DNA of 64,000 nt. Origin: Fimbriosthenelais zetlandica (taxonomy: Eukaryota). The stretch spans positions 20,956,001 to 21,020,000 of the forward strand of contig OZ365116.1 in assembly GCA_977030845.1 (NCBI GenBank). The letters run 5' to 3'. The notes beneath the pieces are model-generated. The model did no database searches. It worked only from the letters and a program-made list of their open reading frames with translations, and had not been told where the DNA came from. A program made the translations under genes and the position numbers. This document shows, piece after piece, positions 1 to 12,600 of this stretch. The first letter of the stretch is position 1. Each line of letters begins with the position of its first letter.

Positions 1-623
1 AGTCGTAGAACATGGAGCTGTTTCTTCTTGGCTGCTATGGTTATAGGAGAGTCCATTTGATGGTTGTCACATATAAGACTGGCCCTGTAAACCAGTAAGA
101 GACAAACCATACGGACATGTTCTGATTTTATAGCTCTGTGTAGTGGTGTATCACCATTGACGTCCATGACATTGACACTAGCCCCGGCTGCCAGCAGGGC
201 TGCAGCCGGTTCAACATGGGCTTTAGTTGCTGCTAAATGTAAGGCTGTCTCTCCATTTACATTTATATTATCAATGGTGTGAGGTGCCATGTCCTGCAGT
301 ATTCTCCTGATGATTGTTAGATCAGGACATGGAGATCTGAAGGCCAGGTGTAGGGCATTGTCCTCCTCTATATTGAGACTCTCACTGACCTGATAGCCAG
401 AAGCAAGGACAGCGTTGAGTAAGGTCCTGTCCAGGCTGGTGATGGCTAAATGGACACACAGACGTTTAGTTTCTGTGTCTACTGGCATGTTACTGTCACC
501 GTGAAGCAGGAGTCGCCTCACCCTGGGCTTGTCACCCGCTACAGCCGCTTGGTGAAGGCAGGATGGGAATCGATGTAGACCTGGCAAGTCATGCCGGACC
601 AATCTCTGACCATGGCCCTCCAT
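1..623 (-). CDS. Ankyrin-repeat protein, N-terminal part (continues beyond the left edge)
   Basis: Open frame from ATG at 623-621 to the edge: MEGHGQRLV...SCLHQAAVAGDKPRVRRLLLHG...EDNALHLAFRS...NGETALHLAATKAHVEPAAALLAAGASVNVMDVNGDTPLHRAIKSEHVRMVCLLLVYRASL...MDSPITIAAKKKQLHVLR. GETALHLAA and GDTPLHRA are canonical ankyrin motifs; about 6 repeats. An acceptor (ttttccag) at 688-687 precedes a 5'UTR stretch. Not in the ORF track because it has no stop inside the window. Confidence 0.88.
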   Translation of the reverse strand, partial: MEGHGQRLVRHDLPGLHRFPSCLHQAAVAGDKPRVRRLLLHGDSNMPVDTETKRLCVHLAITSLDRTLLNAVLASGYQVSESLNIEEDNALHLAFRSPCPDLTIIRRILQDMAPHTIDNINVNGETALHLAATKAHVEPAAALLAAGASVNVMDVNGDTPLHRAIKSEHVRMVCLLLVYRASLICDNHQMDSPITIAAKKKQLHVLR

Positions 624-3607
624 CTTGGTCGTTTAGTGCAAGATGATCCCTCTGGTCTTCCTTTACACTTTCATTTTCTCATGCATCTGGAAAATATTTT
701 AAAAAGTACTCAATTAATTCTAACTTGACAGAACTAAGTATTCAAAGCAGGTTACCATTCGTCTGTTCCTTTGGTCCTTATCCTATGACCTCATGATTAT
801 GGCTTTTATCCAACTATTAAATATCCGATCAGATGGAAAATATTCCACAGAAGCCAAGCCTGATGATCAGTGAACCACACCAGACCATAATTATGTATGG
901 ATCTAAAATATCCTTATATATTGCCAGCTCTCAACATAGCAACACACTAATTAACAGTAGGCCTACATGTGATTATGATGTCCCCTAAATAACGTGCTGC
1001 TATAAAGAACATCCACCATATCATATCCTGTTGACATAAATCAAATATTTTCCCAATCATTTATGTCCTTAAATTAAGATCTTTTGATAGAAAAAGAATG
1101 ACTTACAAATTGTCATTCTTGAGCTTCTGTTTCCGCGACTTTCAATAGGGACATATCCAAACTTAAAGGTTAATGTGTTGGCTGGTGTGGTATAGAGGTG
1201 GGATGTACTACTCTTGGCCTGGCCTATAGGTTCTCAGACCTCTATATATACATGTCCATGTAGGCCTACATGGACATTAAGGCTTTAAGGTCCATGCACG
1301 CCACTCAGACAGCCATTCCCATACAGTACGTATCCACTATGCTTCCTTTTTGCTCAATTACTGACATATAGTGTTCCCCTTTGGTTTCTCGGGAAAAGGA
1401 TAACTGAAGAATGAAAAATTAAAGGGAAATATAGGAATAGAGGAAAAAGAAACAGTAGAAGCACATAAAAAATGTTCTACCCGTGCAAACTAAGTTCGGA
1501 ATAACGAGTCTCCTCATTGCAGAATTTGACTTTACATGCCTATGTAACGTGGGTGCATGTCCAGACTCAATCTGTCCTAGAATAATAACGCACCTATGTC
1601 TACATGTAACAGTCATGCCTCAACCTAGCCCAGACTTATCCTCGAGGGCGGCCATAAAACATGTCTTCAGACATTTAATAGGCGCTCCATGAGGTGTTAG
1701 CCAAGCACGTATTAACCTATAGTTGTATTGTTAACCTCTGATCACAGCACCTTTCATTAATGATATACATGTATGTATAGTCAATGGGCCGGCGATATTA
1801 TATGGGCATCAACATATATATTTGTTGAACAACATGTGGCCATATACAAATATTATTGTCAATATAAATATCACTAGGCCTGCCTTTATCATAATCATTT
1901 CACTTAGGACAATAACTATATTTAAAAAAACATTATATTACTTACAGCTTGCATTCTCAATGTCTCTCCGAGAATTTCCTCTAAAAAGGTCTTTCTATTG
2001 ATAAATGATTCTATGTTATAGATTCCTTTCCCTCCCACAACAACAACTGCTGTTATTTCTAGTTTACTATTACTTGCAGTGTTTCTCTCTGCCTGGATGA
2101 GTCTGATCTATTAAGCTTTAAGCACCAGACCATCTGTTCTACTGCAGGGATGCAAGTTACCATACAAAAATACTGTGTACCAATTATTATGCAAGCGCAA
2201 ACATATGTGTTGAACCCATTTTGTTGACCTCTGTATTGCAAGTTAACCAATATATTATACACACAAATGAATGGATATTACACATCTAAGACCCTGAAAT
2301 CACATTAAGAGATAAATCTGAATACCGGTACCCAATATATTCCAAAATATTTTCTCCGTGATTTGTAAGAAATATTGGGAAATTAGTTTTGCATTTGATA
2401 AATATTTACCCACCTTTGATTTGGTGTTCTCTTGGAACTGATATGTGTGTGGTTGAGTAGTAGTATTCCATTCATTGTAGCTGTGTTATGGACGGAGAGT
2501 ACAAGTCAATGCAGGCTTCCCGGCCTCTCATTTGCCACCGGCGCGTGTCTTTGTCGTGTTTTCGCCCAGGTGAAAATATAGGTCAGCTAGGTGTGTAACA
2601 ATGCCTCCCCCCTGCCTTCATTGAACACAGGGGGCTACTTCCCCACTGCTTCATGAGATAAGCTTAATTCGACGGGGGTCCAGGGGGACAACTCCCCCTC
2701 CCCCCGGTGTTATCGTTTCGCTCAAATAATACATTTTTTGCCATTAGGCTACCCCTCCCCCCGTTCAGATCTCAACCTTGGCCCCCTCCCCGCCTCGCTA
2801 ACATTTAGATAAGTAAATGTAAACCCTGAATGCAGGCGGGAGTCTGTGAGGCTTGCTGCCGTGACCTTTGCTGACCTTTAGCCGATTGACCAATGTTAAA
2901 GTACCAGAATAATCCGGCTGGTTCAGAGTATTTAAGAATTACCCTTATAAGTTATATTCCCATTTCAATTTCGTCCATTGTATTTTAGTCCGCGATTTAT
3001 TAAATTATACTTCATAAGCATAGGTCATTCTAGAGGGTGATCGAGAAAAACTAACCCTTTTTTCGGATTTCTTTTGCGTTTGCCTCGCTGTAAGTTTTGT
3101 TGGCGATTCATCTTTAACATAGGTGACTTTTGGACATCTGGTGACCAGGTATGTATACATACTATTTATATATTGAAAAATTATATCATGAAAAATCTAT
3201 TATGACATTATTTTAGTTTTTAATAACTTGACAGATGATTGTTGTATGATGACCATCTGGATGAAGCAAAATGTGGACATTCTTGAATTACTTACTCTTT
3301 TGTTTCATTTTCAGCCATGATTTATGATCCCAAAAGACATCTGGTGGAGATAGTTCTACAAGCCATCAGGACCAGAGATCATTCCCTCCCCCTCCTTCTC
3401 ACAACATTTTACCTCAGCCAGTTGCTTCACTAGATCCTGCAGGAGTAACTCCAGAACCCAAGAGCTGCTCCTCCTGCTCCACCAACCTCCACCCCCAGTC
3501 CCCACCACTCTCTACTCTTCTCTACTCCTCACCAAGCCAAAAGCCAGCAGCCCCCCATCCCGACAACAATACCAATACACTCACTCAGATCCAAGCTCCC
3601 CACAACA

Positions 3608-3619
3608 ATGGCTGCCAAG
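3608..3619 (+). CDS. Calponin-like gene, probable first coding exon (MAAK); lies at the end of exon 3315-3619, with an upstream non-coding donor at 3149
   Basis: ACAATGG start context, upstream in-frame stop, AAG|GTAAGC phase-0 donor matches the phase-0 acceptor at 14315; AAK-DAEM resembles the ASKRNPEM segment of Drosophila Mp20. Confidence 0.62.
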
Positions 3620-6600
3620 GTAAGCTAATTTACCCATATATTCATTCTATCATAGATCCTGTCTATTTATTTGCTCGTGAATATAATATATAAGTGCGTT
3701 TTGAGTGAGTACTCATTGCTTGTTTGTTGATGATAAGGCAGTGGTCCATTAAGACTGTTTATGATGAGAGATGATGCTCCCTCTGTTTTCACCCTTAATA
3801 TTCCGCACTTGTTTAGCTGAGGAATAGGTGTGAAAACAAACGGCTTTGGTGAGAAATGTTATGATAACATTTTACCTTTTGTAACAATATTTTGACTTTT
3901 GTGACCTGGTGATTTAAGAGGTTAGAGTGTCTCAGGGGAGGGATGTCTTTTAGATGGACTTCTGTCATTCTTGGCTTTGGTCACCGGTGAAAGTTGTTGT
4001 TTCTTTCAGCTAGGCCTTCTGTCCCAATATTTTCTGTCTTTTGGAAAAATAGTGCACAGGGGTGTAAAGTATAGGTAGGGTTGTATGAATGAACTGGATA
4101 TTTTCTTTGAAACTTGCATTTACTGAACATTTAGTACATACTAATCTCTGGTCAAATCTATTGCATTTATAAAATCATTTCAAACTTGATGTAGGGAAAC
4201 TTTCTCAACATTAGAGATAATTGAAGGGGGAATAATCTCAGACTGTATTTTAATAAGGAAACTTTCCTCATATTGAGCGTGCATCCAGCCAGCATATGAT
4301 AGATGCGTTGAACCCTGTATATATAGAGTTCAAGGTTAGAGAAGCCACCCTTTAGTCGTCACGTGGCGTCCTTGCCGCTTCCTCCACGGTCCCAGATGGA
4401 CTCTGAGAGATCCAGGCGTTCCCACGCAGCCGTTGCTATGGAGAGTTGCCATGACAACCCATTTTAACATTGAAGTCAATGGTAGATAAGTGGGGCAGGG
4501 TACATGAGCAATTCCCCGCTCTTCCTCCTACAGAGGTGTATCATCGTAAGATATGAGGGGTAGTGGAGGAGTTTATGTGGGGCGTTCTCTCACTGATCTT
4601 CTATACCCCATAGATCAGTCTAGTCCCTGTCAAATTCCCCTCACAATAGACTTCTAACACTTTCCTTGATACGCCCTAACTTTATTTGCGAAATCAATAT
4701 TAAGCAGTGATTTCTTCTCCACAAAAATATATTGAGCTGGCCTTTTAAGATGCACTAATAAATTCCCTGCCAACTTTTACTTGGAGCAACACATAAAAGT
4801 CTGCCAATAAAGTTGTAATCTTAATAGAAGGGTGTAGAGTAGAGCTTAGTTTAACGGTATTCCAAGATAAGACTATTTCTCTACACGCGTGCTCCTGCTG
4901 CTCACAGCAGGCTATCTCCTACATTAGGAGATAAGTAAATACGATTCTTGTAGAAACACATGGCTCAGCAGTCAGCTGGCCCGTGTGACCTCGAGCAGAA
5001 GAACACAGGAAGCGAGCTGCTCCTTCCACTCATGGAACCACTCAGAATTGAGCCCAAAAGAGTCAACTCTTCTTCTCAGGCGCAAATTTGCACTACTGAG
5101 AGAATGTGGTGTTGATACTGGGTACCATGCTTCCATGCTTCATGTATTTGGCAGCAATAGTCGGCCGCAACTCGGAGAAGTAAATGCCCCTCACTGCCTA
5201 CTTCTGTGCAGTTCTAAATAGGTACAAAATAGAAAAACAGTACCTCGCACTTCTTTATCTGTAGCCCAGCCCTCAGACTCTTACATTTGTTTTATTTGAC
5301 TTTTTTAAACTTCCCTCTGCGCAGCCTTGTTGTTACTGTTTCAGACTTTGCTGACTGTTTCTCTCCCCCGCCCCCCTCTGTTCTAACAGATCTCTATCCT
5401 GCCTCAGCTGGGAAAGGTTACTAAGGGTTGTAAAAAAGGATGCCCTGGTGCTGATTTTGATTATATCTCTCCAGATGCAGTAGACCACACCCTTCTATGT
5501 GTATTTTTATGAATAATATAATCCTAACAATTCATGTTGTGTTAAATCATGTACATGATTGGATTAAACAGGCATGATATTTTCGATTATGATTATCGAG
5601 GTTTACATAAAGTTTTATTTGTTTACGGTCTTCGCCCCCCCCCACCCACAAGTATTCCTCCGCGTGCTATACTGGCCTCCAGCCGTGGAGGTGAATGTGG
5701 CATATCTAATGATACACTCCAGGTGGCGGCCACGACGCTCATACATGACGTCACGTGATGACGCGTGGGTGGCTGCATGGGGTACACGAAAACAAACATT
5801 TATAGAAAAGTGGCTTGATAAATAAATGGAAACAAGAAAATGAAAAGCTGGTATATGATTGCTCCCTTGATTCCCCTCTATTGATATAGAATGCATTTTC
5901 AAATCCAATTGTTCTTGGTAAAGTAAAATGCATTTGTACCATTGGTTGCTATACTTGATCAGTGTATATGTTTAGCTTTATTATCTATTTAGCCATCCCG
6001 ATTGCGCTGAACTCTGAGCAAGATATCTCCTGGTTTAACTGAGACTGACACTTGCCTCCATCTACACAACCCTATACCATCCACCCCCAGCCACACCCAC
6101 ACCCTGTATCATCCCTCCCCACACCCCCTCCTCCCCCTGCCCGGTCTGTACACCTGACCCACTCACCTTGCCAAACCGCAAATAGTACTACCTCTAACCC
6201 CCTGACTCCCTGACTCCCTTACTCCCTGACTCCCTCTCTAATCACAGACCATCTTCTTACCTCCCCAAAACATTCCTTCCTTTCACTTCTCAAATCACTA
6301 AAAACTGCTAACGTCGTTTCGCACTCACTTAGCCTTTTCCACAGTCGACTTATATTTTATGTCTGGGGAATGTAGGCTTTGAAAAAGAATACAACCCTGG
6401 AAAGAGTCCAAGTCCGCCTCCATAGATCTCCCCAGTACATCGGATCCTACTAGGCTAATCTAATTTTGACAATTACCCATTGATTCCTCATAAGACTTAT
6501 GGTCAAATATATACAGCCTAACTTGTGACCACAATTTCTTTGCCAAGTGTAGCCTACCCTTTAATATTTCCCTTAGTATATCACGGGTTCCTACACCCTT

Positions 6601-9600
6601 GATATAGATCTATAGATGGGAGATGGGAGGGTTTCATGCCTGATCCAGATGGTATGTGAGCATGAAGGTAACCATAACAACGTATAGATACAGCACGCTA
6701 GCATGTGAGTACTCCCTCTACCACCCACCGACTATCATTATACCCCCAAAGGTCATCCTGATACCAGATCCTTAAAGTAATTTACATCTTTGATATGATT
6801 GGTATTAGGGGTCAGAGTTAGGACAAATAAGATATGATGATAAACTTTCATTCAGTCACTATTATTAGAGAATATTTGCCGTTTAGGTCAAGCAATGAAA
6901 TGTGTTGGATTATCATCTTAAAACATTGATGTAATATGGCTCAGTTATGTTTATGTTGTCAATAGAGCTCACTTACAACCGTGCTTATACTCTAAGCATT
7001 GTGGTTCTAAACATGTGCCAATTGATATCAAATAAATAAACCTAGGCCTAGGTGCTAGGGATGTCATTCATGCCACACCCCTTTCTCAGAAAGTAGGCAC
7101 TGAACCCTCCAGTTCCAAAAGATTGCCTTGGAACACCAGTTAAAATTGTCTAAAAGATATTGTCTGTCCATTCCTTTTCTGAGTTCCTCATGCAGTGATG
7201 AAACCTTTATTTAAAATAATATACACCCTCCCATTTTGTAACGTTGAACGAATTGCATTTCCTCGTATATAATTTGATGATCTTATTTCTCTAATGATCG
7301 GTGAATATGGAACATTAGTTCAGACTTTTGTGTGGCAGACATTAAATGTTGAAGTTCCAGAAATGCTCACCTGGGAGACCATCTGTGCCTTGCTCCCTCT
7401 TTACCGGGAAGTTGAGTGTTCAGCTTCCCACACGGTGGCAGCACTTATCCCAAGATGTGGGTACGAGAGGAGAGAGATTACATGGGATATAGATAGAGAA
7501 GGGGAGAGGTGTGAGATTGTGAGAGGTTGAGGCAGCACAGGGCTGAGTCAGAGGTATTCAATGTTCATGGAATTCCTTCTTGAGCAAGTCAAATGCTCGT
7601 GAGAGATAAATGGGCGAGTGAAATAGATAACAGATGAAAGTACACCCGTGATACCTGGTGAACCATTTCTTGTATAGACCAGAATCCCAGTATGATGTAC
7701 CTGAGAGATATTCATTAGAAGTAATCAATTATTTGAAATATATTTCATATGGCCTGGTAATAACGTGAAAAGAATATCCCTGGGTGGCTGGATGGGTACA
7801 AGAACATTCACATAAATTTAAGGATTATAGTCTAGTATTTATTTCATCTAGAGTACGGCTACTTATGTCCCACTATTCTTATACCTATACAACATTAGTT
7901 AAGTCCTCTGGAGACGATTCTCGATGACATGAATATAGGACTCCAGTCTTAGCTTGGTTGACTTTTGTTTACACTGCATTATAAGCTCACTGAGATAATA
8001 TTTTTTCACCAAAGAAACATATATACAGAGGAGGAAATCCACACTCCCACCACAGCTCACGTTCTCCCACAATCCTCAAAAAATCTCCTTTCCCCCCTTA
8101 GTTTGATTTTGTGATGTGAGAGGGTCTTCAATCAGACACGCCTCTCTTTGATTTGTGCAAATATTTAAGTTAATGTCATATATTTATTTTGCGGGGAGAA
8201 GAATGCCTATAGGCTATAAATAAGGTGGACAAGATAGCTTGCCCAGTGGATGGGGGTCTAAGCTGGACTCGATTGTTTCGAGCTTGATAAGTAAGAGGTA
8301 ACATATCAAGTCCACTAAGAATAAACCTGTTATCTCGAGAGCTGAAATAAATATGGAGGCAGAATATAAATACTGAACTGAAGGGGAAAACAGGATGAAT
8401 GTATGTAAGCAGAAGATACAGTCAGAAAGCAAGCAGTGAGTTGAAGGAAAACATGGAACTGCTGCTATAAAAAGCCTGGGCTGGAGAAATCATATTTCCA
8501 GGATCGACTCTTGGGTTTAAAAAAACAAATAGACCGGTATACTGGATCACCTGGAGGTCTACCGTATTTCCTGTACCTCAAACCTGAACCTAAATGTGAT
8601 ACATTGCGGGGGTGTACAGCCTATATTTCACAGTAATCTGCCTGGACTTATCTTAGTCTCTCCAAAGTTGGGATGAGATCATTATTTTCTCGTCATCTTT
8701 GTGATTGTTTTCTCTATATCTGTCCAGTTTGCAGCTATATGCTTTTTGCCTTGAGTTGAGCGCCTCACTCTGACATGAGCTGCTCGCTCCACAGTAACTC
8801 AACGCCTCAAACTGTTGCCAGTCCGTGTTTTTATGCCAAACACCTGATTCACAATTCAACCCACTTCAGGTCCATAGCAGAGGTTAGCCAAAGCAAAATA
8901 TACCCGTTTATCTTCGCCTGTATCTCCAAACTCCCAATATGTCCAATCTCCGAGGGTAGATGATTTACTGGTGGTGGGGGGAGGGGGTAGGTGGATCTGG
9001 TAGGATGGAGGGTGGAGAAAAGGTGATAAACTAACCCAGCATGTCAGGCTTCAGTAGATATAACACGAGAAAGAGATGCGAGATTATTATGCTTATCTCA
9101 CTGAGACTGGTGTGAAGATGTAATGTAATTATCTCACCGTCAGATAACGTATGACAAGATCTCACGAGTTACACTCCTCTATTTCTGCTCCCACTGAGGT
9201 AGGCCTAATAAACTGGTCAAAGTAATCTCTTCTGCTTTTAAAAGCCCCCCAAATACGCAATTAAATTAATAAGTATTATTGTTTAAGATCATAAAAATCA
9301 AGAATGTGAGAAGTACCGTATTGGCTACAGGCCTTTTGTGTTGAAAGTAATTTCATTAGCTTAACTTTACATTTGGTGAACACACCTTGGCATGGAGTGT
9401 GCATGTTGGAGCTATAGCTTATAGCGCGCCCCCATCTATAGCCTCATGGTGAGTTATTGAGTCATGGCTGCCGCTCACCATGATGAATCAGATCCCTATA
9501 AAGATCTGGGTGTAAATGAAGGAAAGTTGAACCGAGTTAAGGAATGTATAGGCTTGGGTTCATACCTGTAGGTAGGTACCCTATAACTGGCTGAATTTAC

Positions 9601-12600
9601 TCATGGTTTCCGGCTGCTCAAAAAAGGTTGGAACTTGGAAGATTGAAGTTATTAGAGATTTGAAGAGATGAGGGACATTTAGGATAGTAAGGGGATAATG
9701 GGCTGGTAGTATAGACGATTTGGTGTATGGAATATTTTGTTATAACAGGAGTAGAGTAATCTGGAATGGAATGGGATGTAAAGGGAGATGCCATCTAATA
9801 ATTGAAGGCAATTGGAAACGTGAGAGTTGGAACAGCATCAGAGGCTAAAACAGCAGTAAATGCCATGAGTGTAAGAGAAAACTATCGACACTTGGCACAT
9901 GCGTTCTATTTCCAACCTTCACGTTAAACTCTATGTGACTTGAGAAGGGCCCTTTTTATTCAAAGATTGAACCAAGTGAACTACACCGTTTTAACAGCTT
10001 GTCCGCACTCTTTCTCTTACTCACTCCTTTCAACAAAATCACATGTTCTCCATTTCGATCCTTTCCAAATATACACAATCTGTTGAATCTCACTGAGAAC
10101 GTCGCTCCAGTTAGTGCAGCGAGATGAATTCATCAACAATTGAATGACATTATGTAGTGAGAAAACATTAGGCAAGACCTGCTGGTGCCAAGACTGTGTG
10201 GAGGTAGCAGGCATTCAGTAAATAGCTGGTGATATACCTGCGCAATTCACAACTCTGTTTTTGCCCCAACACCTGACAGAGCTTGTACCTTACCACACAG
10301 CTTATAGCAGCAGGCAAAAAACCATTGTCTTATATCTCCTCATATTACAGGCGATTTATTGTTTGTCCGTATGTTGCTTCTCCTGATAGATTAGAGTGCA
10401 CAAGGCAAAAATAATTGTCATTCAATTTGGATTCATTTCCTCTTAGATGTACGTCTATTTGTTGGGTTTTAAATTTGATCTAACTGAATATAAGTTGGTT
10501 CTCCTTGAAGTAAATGGATCAATATTGTTGATATAAATTGCCTATTTAATAGCATTCAACTCGTTTATTTATCCACGAGCAAGTCTATGAAATCAGCCAT
10601 CTCTTGTTGCCATGGTAAGGTGACTGGCGGCTGGTGGGAAAGTTGCGCCCCCTAGCAGGCCTTATTGGAAGCTGGGTGAGGTAAAGTGAGGTGAATGTGA
10701 GTTGCTCCCATCCGCTCACCTCAGATCCCGCCCAACGTTTGCTGAGACAGGCCACACAGACAGGTGGTGCTGTAGCCTGCCTCCCAGCCTGCCCTGCCTG
10801 CCGCCCTCCAGGCTGCCGTCTCCAGCTCGAACCAGAGAGCCAGGACCCAGGATGAGTACGGCCACCAGGACCTTGATCTCGGCCCTCCCTGCTGGCTGTC
10901 CCCTACCTCTTGCTTCTTTCTATACACATATCCCAGGTAGGGTGTGATGGCCGGGGAGGCTGCCGAATGGTCGGTCAGGTGTAGTAATCATATTGCTGTT
11001 GATCATCTTTTGGGACCGGTTATCTGGATTTTCGGGGCTGCCGAGCTGAAGAAAAGGCGCTGGAGCATGGAACCGGAGGCAGGGTCTGGTCAAGAGGCAG
11101 GAGACTGAGTCACCCCTGACCTGTTGGCTTGAGAAAGATCCTCAGCTGAAACATTGAAAATTATTACCATCAACAATCTGCCTTGTTACCAGTGAACTTC
11201 TAAAAGTCCAGATGGAACTAAACATACAAGCTGGGAATGATGAAACAAACATTGAAAGAAACTGTGAAAGACCTAAGAGGAAACTAAGAAAGAAAAAAGG
11301 CAGAAATTCACTTTTAGACAAAAAAGAGCAAAAATGGGATCTGATAATAAGTGCTTGAGGAATCATTAATGGATCCTTGGATTACTCAGGGAAAGGATTT
11401 TCATTTCTGTGTAACCTGTGTAAACCCCTTCCTTAGGCCTGGGACTCCAAGGCCCTGTTGTGAAACATCCTCAAGCCTCTATAAGACTTAGTTTGATTCT
11501 ACGAGAAAAGAAAGAAAAACGAAGAAGAAACTTTCCATCTGGCAGTTACAAGGTTATTTTTGACCTTGATGTTATCAAAGAAAAAACTCTTCCTCCCTGA
11601 AGCAGGATTAGACATGAAGCATGTACATAGTGCTGCTCGTCGTTTTTCACCCTTGGGCTGGATTCCCAAACGTGCAAATCAAACAAGATGAGGAATGAGT
11701 GCATCTGTTGGGGACGCTACTCCTCTCACTTCGCAGAGCCCACAACTTATAGTGTTCTAGTGTCCTTCCTGTAAGTAACATTTTTTGGGTTAGAATCACT
11801 ATATCGGAAAGGGCCTCTCTAAGTCATGAGGTCTTTAGCATTTCAGCAATTTTATTTAGAGTTATAGATTAATAAGTGACCAAATTATCATATATACATG
11901 TATGAATATGAATGTTCAGGTGTAGAGAATCCTTGGACCCAGTATAGATGTGTCAGGTATAGAGATTATCAACCTCCTGGGACACACCCTGGTTTTTAAG
12001 CTAAACCTATCAGGTTTTCTAGGTTAACTTTCTCACCAGATCTCACCTGCCTCTGATGTTTCATCGTACCTGGTTAAATATCAAGCTGATGTTGATGGGC
12101 AGATAATTCACTTCACCTCAACTGGCCAAATTTTCACCCAGAAGTCCCGTTTTTAAGTTAGTTATATATTGGTAATGGCTTGCACAGCCAACACATTATG
12201 GGATATATATTTTTATGTAAGGCAATTGCAGTAACCCTACACATGTATAAGACATGATATATTGGAGGTCTAGTAACACTTGTGGAAAAAGTCAGTTATC
12301 AGCGGGCCGAGAATAATATGGAGAATAGAGTTAGTTATGACACAAATCTTATAAAGAAAAAAATCTCTGACTACCGCACTGGCAAGAGTTGCTCCTCTTA
12401 TAAACGCTGCCACTCCTACTCGCATGTATATGCCAGGAAATAATATGCCACAGGTGTAGGTCTTACATGAGGCATAGTTTATAAACATACCTCCCTACTC
12501 CACACATTATGAGGCTACTGGCCAGACCTGACTGCTGATTAAGTCGGTCTTCTGCAGTTACACAGTTTCCTGAAAATATTACATGTTGGCATCTGTTTTT

